Shown here piece by piece: positions 51,279 through 62,534 of a stretch of DNA of 64,000 nucleotides (the first letter of the stretch is position 1; the number at the start of each line of letters is the position of its first letter). Position numbers and translations under genes: made by a program. This DNA comes from Sphaerodactylus townsendi (taxonomy: Eukaryota), in contig NC_059429.1 of the NCBI RefSeq assembly GCF_021028975.2, positions 59,024,001 through 59,088,000 on the forward strand, given 5' to 3'. The notes below the pieces were generated by a model. It was not told the origin of the DNA. It searched no databases and worked only from the letters and a program-made list of their open reading frames with translations.

Positions 51279-52177
51279 CAGTGGTAGGATTCAAAAATTT
51301 TAGTAACAGGTTCAGATGGTGGTGGGATTCAAACAGTGGCGTAGCACCAATGTGGCAGGGCGGGACAGGACAGGGGCATGGTCAGGCATTCTGGGAGAGG
51401 GGCATTCCTGGGCGGGGCTGTGGCAAGGACGCAGGGTGCGTGCGCCCCAGGTGCAGTTCCCCTTTGCCCCACCTCTAGATTCAATAATGACTGTTTAAAG
51501 TATTAAAAAAGCAATTTACCAAAAGGTAGTGTATTATTTCTTTTTCATATAATTATATTGATTGATTTTAAATAATAACGTAAGGAGAGAAACCAAAAAC
51601 TGTTTACAATTGTTAACATACTACAAACGTATCTAATTGTCTATCTCTCTCAACCCCCCCAACTAAAACATCCTATATTGCCTCCCTCCTTCCCATATTT
51701 CCCTACCTACCTACCTACTTTCTACTTCCCATTCAGATTCCTATAACTACTTTATCTATTCCACTTGAAAGAAAACTAACAGAGGGAGAGATCCAAAATC
51801 CTAAATCTAAAAGAGTAGTTTAAACTCCTCTCTTACCAATATAAATTTCAAGGAAAAAAAGAAAATGAAAAATCTTTACCGTACCTATAATACTTTCCCA
51901 ACTTTTATAACAATGAACAAAAAATAGAATTACTATATATTGTATTATTTCATACAGTTCATACACACATAGGGGGGTGCCATGGAGGGCAGGGGGGCTG
52001 CAGAGGGCCCTGGGGTGATTTTGCATCCCCCACTTGACGAGATTTGTTGTACCCAGAGACAGAGATTACCCCCTTGTCCCTAGTGGAGTTAATCATTAAT
52101 AACCGGTTCTCTGAACTGAGAAAATTTTAATAACCGGTTCTACCAAATAGGTGCGAATAGGCTGCATGCCACCGCTG
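51279..52177. mobile_element. Composite hAT MITE (899 bp)
   Basis: CAGTGGTAGGATTCA / TGCATGCCACCGCTG. Exact TSD ATCATAGC at 51271-51278 and 52178-52185. Same left end as the element at 39189. Confidence 0.88.
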
Positions 52178-52764
52178 ATCATAGCCCTTCAAATGCCCTC
52201 TTTTTCTAATCTTGCCTTGAACTGGGGAAAGTTTTTTGTCTGGTCCCCCAATACTACACGCAATGAATATACAGAGAACTGTGTTAAAAACCATTGAGGC
52301 TGATCACAACCATCCAATAATTCAGGTTTATATCTAATACTTGTTCAAGCAAGATTTGCATCTAATACTGATTGTAAAGATTTCAACAGATTTTTTTTCA
52401 ACAGTATTCTAATAGTATTTTTTATTGAGGTTTAGGAAATGAATATTATAACAGCACTCTGAGACTCTTGAATGAAAAGGCACTGAAGACCTCTTCATCA
52501 CAAGCACCATCACATTCTATTTATCACTGAATAGTCTTCGCCTAGTTTTTTGTTTTTTAACTGAAGATCTGTAACTAACTTTAAGGAGGTTACTCATTCT
52601 TATTTGAAGTTGTACAGTAACATCTACTAAAAAGGTTCACAACTAATATAAGTAGGCAAACTGAGGATATATCTTTTAGCTATTAGGCATGAAACCAATG
52701 GATCATCCATGTGGCAGAATACCTCTGAATAACACATGTTGGAGACAAACAAGGGGTGAGATGT

Positions 52765-52869
52765 ATTGTCGAAGGCATCCTCTGAAGATGCCAGCCACAG
52801 ATGCAGGCAAAACGTCAGGAGAGAATGCTGCTAGAACACGGCCATACAGCCCGGAAACCACACAGCACC
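52765..52869 (+). mobile_element. Minimal Penelope-like element insertion carrying a degenerate hammerhead ribozyme motif
   Basis: cctCTGAAGAtgcc...ggcAAAAcgTCagg and cggccatacagcccggaaaccacacagcacc match squamate Penelope pLTRs as I recall them. 15-bp direct repeat CAAGGGGTGAGATGT at 52750-52764 and 52870-52884. Confidence 0.85.
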
Positions 52870-53548
52870 CAAGGGGTGAGATGTCTGTTGCCTTCATGCC
52901 TTCCTTGTCCACTTCCCAGAGGTTTTGGGGTAGAAGCAATTAGGACCAATCATACTATTTTTGATACAGTAGGGCTATTATTATATTCTGAAACTGTAAG
53001 AATAGTTCTATCATTTTAGACCAAAAGGACAATACTATCCAATATTTCCCACAGCCAAATGTTACCTGGGTGACCACACAGATAGGCATGAAGGCTGTAG
53101 CCTGTCCCCAATATTAAGTCCACAGATAATGCTATTTAGTGAAATATTGCCTCTGGATTTGAATATGTGTTTAACTGTCATGACTAGCTGCCATTTGGAT
53201 AGGCCTAATCTCCAAGAATTTGGCTAACTCCCTTTTTCATGCATGTCTTCATTAATACTTCTTCATTTGCATAACTGTTATAGAAAGTTGTCCCCTTACT
53301 TAGGCATTGGCTTGAAATCTGGGGCTGTAGCGCCCTCCCTGGTGGAGTCTCAGAAGAACCTCAGACATGCCTTCTGAAGGGTTCCATGGAAAAGGGACAT
53401 CCTTGAGCCTCTCTCTTTATGTAGCCCAGGGACTAGGCCCATGAGATTTCGTAGAATCCAGGGACAATGGGGCTTTCAACTGAGACCCTGCTCCTTCCGC
53501 CCCACCCTCCTGTCATTCTGTAGAGGACACAGCTTCAGGCCACTCAGG

Positions 53549-53756
53549 TAAGGTTGCCAGCTCCAGCTTGGCAAATGTGTGGAGATTTGAGCCTGAGAAC
53601 AGAGTTTGGGGCGGGGAAGGACTTCAACAAGGTATAGTGCCATAGAGTTCACCTTCCAAACTGGCCATTTTTTCCAGGTAAACTTATCTTTATTGACAGG
53701 AGATCAGTTGTAATCTTAGGAGATTTCCAGTCACCATCTGGAGGTTAGTAACCCTA
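53549..53756 (-). mobile_element. TAGGGTTGCCA-family MITE
   Basis: TAAGGTTGCCA / TAGTAACCCTA termini. Decayed 8-bp TSD CACTCAGG vs TACTTGGG. Confidence 0.75.
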
Positions 53757-54556
53757 TACTTGGGCCTAAGAGAACTAAGAGTGTCTATTCCTTTCCCACC
53801 TCTCCAGATGCAATGCCCTGGATTGGGCTTCTCTCCCCGAGCTCACCTTGTGTTGAGCCAAGCCCCACCATATCTCCTGTGATGCCACTGTGTCCCAGGG
53901 TCTCACTGGATCTAGCTGGGGATGAAGAGAATTATGGGGCTGCTCCTTTTGCGAGGCGGTATCTAGCAAGCTTGGCTGCTGCCAAGCCACACTTATCCTT
54001 GCTGCCATTGGGGCCACTCCACTGCCATGGCATACTCTCTATTCCCCAGTTGTGTTAGGTTCTGTGTAGTGGGTGGATTGCTACCACCAGCCCCTCCTCC
54101 TTGAGGACTCCTCTTGCTGTGGCTTGCCCAGGGACACCTCCAATCTTGGTGATAAGTGCAGCTTATCACCTCAGACACAGGGCAAACAAACAGTATAGAA
54201 GTTTCGTTAACTTTTTTCAACATCCTCCTTATGGACATCACATCAATAGGATTTCATCATAAATAAATCCTGGGCAATTTTGAACTTAATTCAAAGGTGC
54301 TAACTCTAAGAACAAAAGTTTAGAACTGGTTTTCTACATCTTAGAATATTCATGTAGCAATTAGAATCACATTAAAAATAAACTTGAACATTTTCAATCT
54401 ATTACATTATTATCCTGGCCTTCATTCAAAAAGTTCAGGGCAGCACAAAAGGCAGTATATTCAGGGCAGCAGTCTTTTATTAGAAGATACATAGTTTGTT
54501 GGTTTTTTAATTGGACTAAGCCATCACTGAAATCCTGCAGTAATAACTAATGAACT

Positions 54557-54757
54557 TGTGGTGGAAAGTTCCATCAAGTCGCAACTAACGTATGGCAACT
54601 CCTTGGGAATTTCAAGGCAAAAGACATTCAGAAGTAGTTTGCTATTGCCTTCCTCTGCATAACAGCCTTGGTAGTCTACCATCCAAGTATTAACCAATGC
54701 CAACTGTGCTTAGCTTCAAAGATCTGATGAGGTTGGGCTAGCCTGGGCCATCAGGTC
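54557..54757 (-). mobile_element. 5S rRNA-derived SINE with Sauria/RTE-type tail (5S-Sauria)
   Basis: 54669-54740 (ccatccaagtattaacca...gcttagcttcaaagatctgatgag.ttgggc) matches reverse-complement 5S rRNA. 54557-54660 matches the Sauria SINE 3' part (ccatcaagtcgcaact...ttcaaggcaa). Confidence 0.8.
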
Positions 54758-54762
54758 ACTGT

Positions 54763-55353
54763 GGTTGATTCTGCACGGGCCAAAAGAGATGGGTATAGAA
54801 TGGCATACAATCCATTTTGGGGAGGGACTTTACACAGGCACCACCCCAAAATGAGTCTGCCCTTTTTTATTTCCCTCTACCCAGGTTTTTTGAAAATTGC
54901 TAAACTAGCGATCCTTTGGGAAAATCCTTGGTTGTAGATGCTTCCATGAGAATGGCCAGGTAGGAGGCTTTTTATTTTTCCGCCCTTCCACCATGCCATC
55001 CATGGTCAGGGAGAATCTGCCTGCCATTGCCTGGCTGTTGCACGGAGGCCATTTTTCCTTTTAAATTTTTTTAGCGTGTTTCATCTGCATAGCTACGCAG
55101 GTGCAGCCAGTTGTATCGTGGGGCGATTGGCATAGCTGTGGGGGTTCACGTCTGCATGCCTGCATAGCTACACATGTTTTACCAGAAATTTTTTAAAAAG
55201 AGAAGTGTCTCTGTGAGAAGGTGCAAAAGCAACCTGGATTGTTGATGTCCTCCAATCGTTGCCTGCATGGAATGCATGTGAACGGGAAAACAGGGAAAAT
55301 GGTTCCTTTATCACAACTGCAATCTGTTAAACATTTGCTGTGTGGAATGGACC
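54763..55353. mobile_element. PIF/Harbinger-like non-autonomous element
   Basis: GGTTGATTCTGCACGG / CTGTGTGGAATGGACC imperfect TIRs with 3-bp flanks TGT/TCT. Confidence 0.55.
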
Positions 55354-57443
55354 TCTGACTAACAAATTTATGAAAGGAATACAAAAGATAAAGGCTATTG
55401 GTAATCTGGTGTGGACTATTGCTCTGCAGAACAAAATGCAAGGCATTTTGAACAAAGGCTGCATTAATTAGATTCTAAAAGTCTGTCATTGTTTGTCTTT
55501 TTAAAGATAAACTATGAACCTTCAATCTGTCCCTCCAAGGCTATCTGTATTTAATAGCTTGTTAAAGAGCTAGAAATGATATTAGAGGGATATTATTGTC
55601 TTAATGCTTTCACGGCTTACATGTTTTTACTGATCTGTCTTGGTTTGATAAAACAGGTTTTGCAGGTTTTTAATATACTTCAAATACTACGAATGAATGA
55701 AAATAAAATCATATCCAAGCTTGCTGGAGACCACCCAGTCAAAGAAGCAGCTCCATTGTTCACTAGAAGCATCACTTGTATGTTGACCACAATGGTGAAG
55801 AAGTGAAGATTCATTTTGTATTAATTTATATAAATATTCTTTCTGAATCAGTATTCTGTCAAGCAAACCAGTCTAGAGCCTCTTGGTAGCTTACAGTTTT
55901 AAAAAGAAAAAGCTACAAGAAAACAACATAACAGTGGTACCAATCTAGAGAAAGCCCCTGATCTCACTGCTGTCAATGTAAATGGAGGTGGGGGGAGCAT
56001 ACTGCTTCAGATACTCCACATTTTGTCCTGTCAATTTTACTACTACACTGACCAAGGGCCCAATGTACTACTACTACTCTCAGATCAGGAGAAGCTGCTC
56101 GAATTAGAAAAATACACCAACAAGTTAATTAAATGCTCTTCTGCCCACACCATTACAATTTCTTGGTTATTTCTATCACTTCTGGGGCTCAGCTAGCTCC
56201 ACTAAAGTGTGTGTTCTCTTCAGAAAACTGCAGTCCTGTATGCAACTCTGTCACAGAGTCTTAAGACAGAGCAAGAGAAACAGAAAACCATTATAATAGC
56301 AAAGTTGAAAATAAATTTTGAAAGCAGTAGGTACACACTCGTACTCAAGGGACTTTTAAGAAGAGCATACAGACCTTCAGCATAGAGGTCCTACATAAGC
56401 ATATTCCCAAATCCAAAAGCAGGCTTAGTGCTATAGCCAACATTGTTGCCAATGATACATTATTAACAGATATGTAGTGCAGAGATTTTATTTACATACC
56501 TCATCTATCTCACCACAACCAAATTTATTTATATTTCCGCAGGATTGAATATAGCTCTCCAGATTTCAAAAATAAACAAGGCAATAAAAAGTGAAGCAAG
56601 CCTTCTGCAAATCTTACGCAGTTATTATCAGCAATTGTGTCATTTAACAGTGTTGATATGCACAGAGAACTTTTTAAAGTGGGTCATCATTTTCACATCG
56701 TATTGAATGAAGAGTGAATGTAGGTAAATTCTTTAACATTCCATTCTTGTCGCATTAAACCATCGACAATAGTAGTCTGCACAGTTTTCTTGTGGGCACA
56801 GATATTCCTTACTAAAGACAAGATGGATTGCTCTTCCTGAAGCAAGTGGAGCTTGGTTCTCAGTAACATATATCTAACCCCTTTTTCACTGGAGCTATGG
56901 ACTTTCGCAGTTATGAAGAGTAAACCTTGATTAAACAACATATGAATTGTTATGCTTCTAACAGAATTTTCCAGCATATGACTAAATCAGAAATGTCTTG
57001 TGTTTTGATCTAATTGGTCACTAGAAGATAGAGCTCCAAGATTTGAAAGTACCAGCCCTATCGCTTGTTTGGTGGGGCAAAAAATGATCTAACTTGTAGA
57101 CATATGACTTCATCATTCAATAGGCTTGAAGCTAATGCAAATAGTTGCAGAATATAGTTGCATACTAATTCCATAGTAAAGGCAAGCTGGTTAGCACCAT
57201 CAAACATTAAACAAAACCAGTATTTGTAGTTTTACAAGACATCCAGCTGTATATCTGAATTCTGATATACAGAATACCTGCCTCTAAAAAGGAATCTGTA
57301 TGATTTACAAGTCAACAATTTGCATAATTAACCTTCTCCTCTTACAATGTTATATTATAGTATAATATTATATAGTTTATAAAAAAGTAAAATATTTAAG
57401 ATTAGATGGAATCCCTAAATAAAGCTAATGTTATCCTTTATAG

Positions 57444-57635
57444 AGAGCGAGCATGGCATAATGGTTAAGAGCAGTGGACTCTACAGTGAATTCTGCTGGA
57501 TAACCTGGGCCTGTCACAGTTCTCTCAGAACTCTCTCAGCTCATGTGGAGACAGGCAGTGGCAAACCACCTCCAAACATCTCTTTCCTTGAAAAGTCAGG
57601 GGGTGCCATTAGTCAGCTGTGACTTGATAACATGC
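57444..57635 (+). mobile_element. Sauria-type SINE (tRNA head, RTE-type tail)
   Basis: tggttaagagcagtggact head; ggcaaaccacctcc...ccttgaaaa...gccattagtcagctgtgacttga tail. Confidence 0.7.
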
Positions 57636-58842
57636 CTGCACAGACACACCTGTATAAGCATACTCTTAAGCAGTTTTTTCAAACTTCAATGTAAACCACT
57701 TCATTTCTACAAGTTGTATCAGGAGAATATAAATTAATTTGAAAAATGAGAGGCAGGCTAAGGGCTCAAAACTGTTCCTTGTTGGTCATTCCAAAATGGC
57801 ATTTAAAAAATAATAAGAGAAGTAACACCAGAATTGTTAGGTTCAATCAAATTAACTCAAGGAGAAGATATTCAAGAGTCTATGTATACACTAAGCCATG
57901 ATTGTCCCATTGACAGAACTATAAATTGAACAGGAATGTTAGCAATGAAAGAGCATAACAGAGAATCAAACTGCGTCAGTCCCAGTTATTCCAGCCTGGA
58001 TCAAACTGTGAATGGTTCCATGACAGAATGGATTCTCTGACCAGAGGACAGGAAGAACACCTCGAAGCAATGCCTTGGGAGAATTCTTGCACTCAAGGGG
58101 CTCCATCCCTATATTTGAAAAGGTGCAGAAATGGCTTCATGGGTCCCAGATAACACACTGAGCAAGGATGTCAAATGGACATTGTTCTAAGTCCAATAGC
58201 ATATCTTTTGTTGACAATATCCTTATTCACATAGGTTAACCCCATGAAATCTACCAGCTACCTAAAATAAAATAATCTGAGAATATCTCTGGATCAAAAG
58301 TGAGAACATTTAGGTAATCCTCAAACTGCAGTTATGAATGTGTTTCCCATTTGTTTGACATATTTGGTTTCCTCCAGTCAATAGGAAACAATTCATGAAA
58401 AGTTTACTGCATTTATTTCACATATGAATTGAACTGGTCAGTCAGTCTGGTCCTATTAAACCGTATGCACAGAAAACAGATGGGTAACTTTGCTTTCCCA
58501 ATTCCATCTATATTCACATAAATATTGCAATTAAATATCGTTACCAATATATATGCTGATTTATTTTAGTGACCTCTGAGAGCTCCTGTTCCTTCCAATA
58601 AACCATGCATACTGTTTAATGTCTTTAACCATACCCAGTGACAAAGAAATTAACCACAACTCACTGCAGCACTACAAAACACCTGGCAAAGATTTTAGGA
58701 GAGTGAAATGAAAACATAGCAAACTTTTACACAACAATGTAATGCAGTTTTAAGACATATTTCATACTAGCCAAGTTAGACAACACTTTGAAGGACATAT
58801 CCCAAGACAATATGATTCATATCATATTGTCATATCATCATA

Positions 58843-58905
58843 TCACACCACCCTGAGCCTTCAGGGAGGGCGGTATATAAATATAATAAATAAATAAATA
58901 TATAA
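58843..58905 (+). mobile_element. L2 3' tail remnant
   Basis: ccaccctgagccttcagggagggcggtatataaat followed by (AAAT)n. Confidence 0.65.
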
Positions 58906-60123
58906 AAAGCTGTCTGAAATGCATACTAGGGACTGCATGTTAGAGAGCAGCCCTTAAGATATTTATTACCTATAATATTTGATCATATAGAATCAGGTTT
59001 TTCTTTGCCATAAAAATAATAATTGTTGTATTGGTCAAAAGATTTAAATAAATGGTACAGTTGCTCATTCATTATAAATAAATAACACAAAGAAAAAGAA
59101 AGTAAAATCTAATTTTTGCAAAGTTCTTATTTTAATGCCACAGTGAGCTTTTCTAACGAAATGTTTTAAATGAAATTTTCACTGTAAATGCAGTCTTAAG
59201 CGGAGTTGCACCATTTCAAGTGCATTGAAGTCTAGGGGCTTAGAAGAGTATAACTCTGTTTAGGGTTTCACTGTGAAAGAGGAAAAATGTCAGTTTCAAG
59301 AGTAGCAGAGACTCCAGTCTCTATATACAAATAATTTATTCTCATCTCTCAATATGCTTCTAACAAATATATGTTATAAGGCTAGGAAACATGTTTCAAA
59401 AGAATCAAGTTACAAAATCAAAATAATCAAGTTCCAAATTTTTGAGAATAAATATATATTGCCATCTAAAAACTGGACTGGGAACTATATCCATGAAAAA
59501 CATACCATATAAAGAGAAGAGAAAAATCAGAATAAAACTAATCCAACCAATGCCTGTTTCTTTTGCTAACCCTTTATTACTTGATTTACCTGGACTAACA
59601 TAGCCATTTCCTATTATTTGCAGACACAGTCAACTCCAAACCAAAATCAGCTGTAACAACACACAAATGGCTGACAGACCAAAAATGGTCAGTTTAGGGA
59701 ATCTAGCTGCTAGCTAGATCCTCACTTCAAATTCCTTTGTGAGAAGCATATTTTGCCCCACAGTCAAATGACAGTCAAGTCAAAATTCTAGCAAATCATC
59801 ATTGTTTATATCTGAATGCAAGGTGCCAAAACCAATAAATTTCAGCTTAATCTTCATATAAGTTCTGATTTTAAAATAAAAGCACATTGTTTGGGATAGT
59901 TATCTTCAAAAAACAATGTTTACCATGGCAATTACTCAAATTCCCATGAAACAGCAAATTATATGTTTTGAAAAATATGAGAGTTGCAAAATTACTTAAA
60001 TAAGCACTGTTCAATTACCGAGGAGGTATTATGACTAGGTCATGTTTTCTGTCCTATAAAGTATTTAAAAAGCAAAGCTGCACACATCCTTCTAAAAAGG
60101 TATTAATACCAATGTTGTCTTAC

Positions 60124-60359
60124 CACGTATGTGCCACTGTGAAACGCCGACGTTGACGGATGCTTTTATTCACCAGCAACTTTCTGAAAAAGCATGGAGA
60201 GTTCCTTGGAGAACTGCGGGGGGAAATTTTGGGGGAGGTGGGTCTGTTCCCTGGAACTCGGGGAAGCTCAAGTTCTAAATGCATTTGTTCTTTGAAAGTC
60301 TTTATGTAAATCTCAGACTCCGGAGCAGTGAGTTCCTTGGAAGAATCTTTTGCTGTCAT
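60124..60359 (-). CDS. PDE4B: First coding exon (isoform-specific N-terminus) of cAMP-specific phosphodiesterase 4B, long isoform PDE4B3
   Basis: Translation MTAKDSSKELTAPESEIYIKTFKEQMHLELELPRVPGNRPTSPKISPRSSPRNSPCFFRKLLVNKSIRQRRRFTVAHT is near-identical to the mammalian PDE4B3 N-terminus as I recall it (paralogous to the PDE4D5 first exon, ...QRRFTVAHT). The exon ends ACG TG|GTAAGA with GT at 60123-60122; the phase-2 TG fits the expected Cys of ...AHT-C-FDVENG. ATG context gctATGa. Confidence 0.96.
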
Positions 60360-60750
60360 AGCTTGGATGTTATGTTAGCTCTCTCATTCAAAAATCACAA
60401 TAGCACAGCCTGGAGACATTGCTGCAGATTCAAATGCTGATAAATCGACAAGCTCTGTGTGGTCATTCATCGAGATTATGTCTGGATGAAAAGCTGCCTA
60501 AAGGAACAGCAGCATAATCGAAGAACAGATAAGTCAATTCTGCCAGAAAGAGCTTTGTCAGTCCTTGCTTTCCCTCTGAAAATGCGCCAAAGTGTTTTCT
60601 GTGTCAGTAGCCTCCTTGTGGATGTGGTTTGTCTGCAAGCTACATGGTGACACTCACTGAATTCATTCAGCTGCATATATCAGCTTATGAAAAATTCATC
60701 AGGCTCTCAATCAAGTCCTTCCCCATATAATCCTATGCTTTAAATACCTG
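60360..60750 (-). promoter_or_regulatory. PDE4B: Candidate PDE4B3 5' leader and core promoter
   Basis: No recognisable repeat immediately upstream of the ATG. TATA-like TATTTAAA on the minus strand at 60746-60739; several upstream AUGs. The TSS is inferred, not observed. Confidence 0.5.
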
Positions 60751-61559
60751 ATCAACAGAGATTGATCTGTGTCTTCCTGACTAATAAAAAGGGCACAATT
60801 CCCATGCCTATTACAAAATCCAGAGAAAAAAAAGCTCACTTAAATCCAGCATGTTCCATTTGAGTCTTCATTCAGAATTATTTTGTTCAGCCCACACAGC
60901 AGTTGCTCCACCTACACTATGCTTATTGGTTCAACTTATTCTGACGAGTGGACTCTAGTTAGTCCTTTCTTATACTGCACATAAAGGGTGCTACAATACC
61001 ATACTGTATTAATTGGGCTGGTTCAAAACATTTCATGCACTCATACCAAGAGATTCCAGTTCTACCATTCTAAACAAAGGCAATATACTGGGACACAGTA
61101 TATTATTAGAACAAGCAAAATAAATACTCAAGTCACAAAATTCTGCTTTAAATAGCAAAATTTAAAAATTCTAGTACGTGTAATAGAAAAACTCCTTAGC
61201 AATTAATTACCTACAGCTTTGTGAAACCATACTTTCTATAAAAAATTAAGTACACCCTGGGAAGTAGCAATCATTTTATTGTGGAAAACTGGAAGAACAA
61301 AGCAGAAGCACATACATTTTTCTTAACAACTAATCAAACCTTAAGCATGAACTGTTATAAAATAATGCTGACATGTAAACAATGACACAGCCAGGGGGAG
61401 ACGTGGTTAAAAAGGCTACCACTTTATTAAATGTGACTTGCATGCAGGTGATGGGTTAATGTGAAGATAATGCCATTGATTTTAAAATCTGGTATTTCTC
61501 CTGAAAGGGAGAATACATAGGTGTAGCAGGTGCCTGTTAATGGCAAACAAACTCCTGGT

Positions 61560-61935
61560 AATTGTTACATTGAGAGCTTGAGCTTTAATTTTATTCACTG
61601 CAATAACAGGAGTCTGTAATGACTCATACAGAAGATCACAGAGGTTATTTGCAACCAGATATTGGCTATGAATGAGACAATGAATGGTAAAGACATTTGG
61701 CACTGCTTTGTTCAAATAAGCAACACACCCACAGTTGCAACCAGTCACTGTACAAGGAAGTATGTTAGTAAGTGGAACTTCCTTGTCTTTGACGAACTGC
61801 TCAACAACACAAAATATTGACTACCCCTTGGATCTTTTTTAGTTGTCTCGCAAATAACAATTATTGAGCCAAACTTTCATCTTTTATAAAGAGCATATAA
61901 GCAAGAAGCAAAGATTCACTGCCTGGCAAAGTCAC
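61560..61935 (-). mobile_element. hAT Charlie/Buster transposase pseudogene fragment
   Basis: LPGSESLLLAY.LFIKDE...LLFARQL and AYLNKAVPNVFTIHCLIHSQYLVA...AVNKIKAQALN, including the hAT CxxH motif, with stops and frameshifts. Confidence 0.85.
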
Positions 61936-62534
61936 ACACTTGAGTGATCCTGTGATTTAAGGGTAATTGCAGAAAGTCTCCCCATGCATTTGACATTCAT
62001 GTTTAGATCCAGGGGCAGAGACAGAGGGGGTCCTGAGAACTTTGGATACATATTTTTTAAATTAAGGGCATTTCTGAAAAGGCGCACGCAGTTCATTCCC
62101 TAGTGCAATATATATTTTAATACCACATTTTAAAATGTCATGTTATTTTTATGACACTAGAAAATCATGTTAGAGAGTTTGGATTGGATGTCACAATCTG
62201 TGGATGCAAAAATCATGGATCTTTCCCATATTCCCCCAAATAGTCCATTCTGACCTTATAACACTTTTTTTTGTGGAATCATGGACAAGCCTGATCTAAT
62301 AGCCACGTAGTTGGAAAGCTGCAGTGGGAAGAGTAAAGGAGTAGAAATAATCATTCTCTGCTCCCTCTTTTGTCAGCAAAACTGCTAAGTGCAGGGAATG
62401 ATTTTCAGCACAATCCAACCCAGAGTTGCTCCAGTTTGAACCCATTAAAATAAATGGGCTTAGATTGAGGTAGCCCTCTTTAGGATTGCACTGTTCATCC
62501 CCTTCACCTTCCCATTTTAGCCTTTTGAATTTAC

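Larger units (their letters stand above)
1..60123 (-). other. PDE4B: PDE4B intron downstream of the PDE4B3 first exon (continues past the window start)
   Basis: Starts at the GT donor at 60123. No UCR1 exon (FDVENG...) or other PDE4 coding sequence was recognised in 1-60123. This intron is very long in mammals. Confidence 0.85.

Noticed and set aside
54669-54740. Functional 5S rRNA gene
   Set aside because: Partial, heavily substituted and fused to a SINE tail.
1-60123. Additional PDE4B coding exons (PDE4B4-type MLHVND...HSWI first exon, UCR1 exon)
   Set aside because: No matching translation found by eye or in the ORF track; a very short exon could have been missed.
60120-60123. Terminal Trp and stop of the 79-aa ORF as a complete small protein
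   Set aside because: TGG TAA is read-through into the GTAAGA splice donor; the real frame continues in a downstream exon.
60935-61000. Second type of Penelope hammerhead (ctgacgagtggactctag...) near the promoter
   Set aside because: The GAAA/helix III half is missing. At most a decayed Penelope remnant, as is the inverted tail at about 37480-37548.
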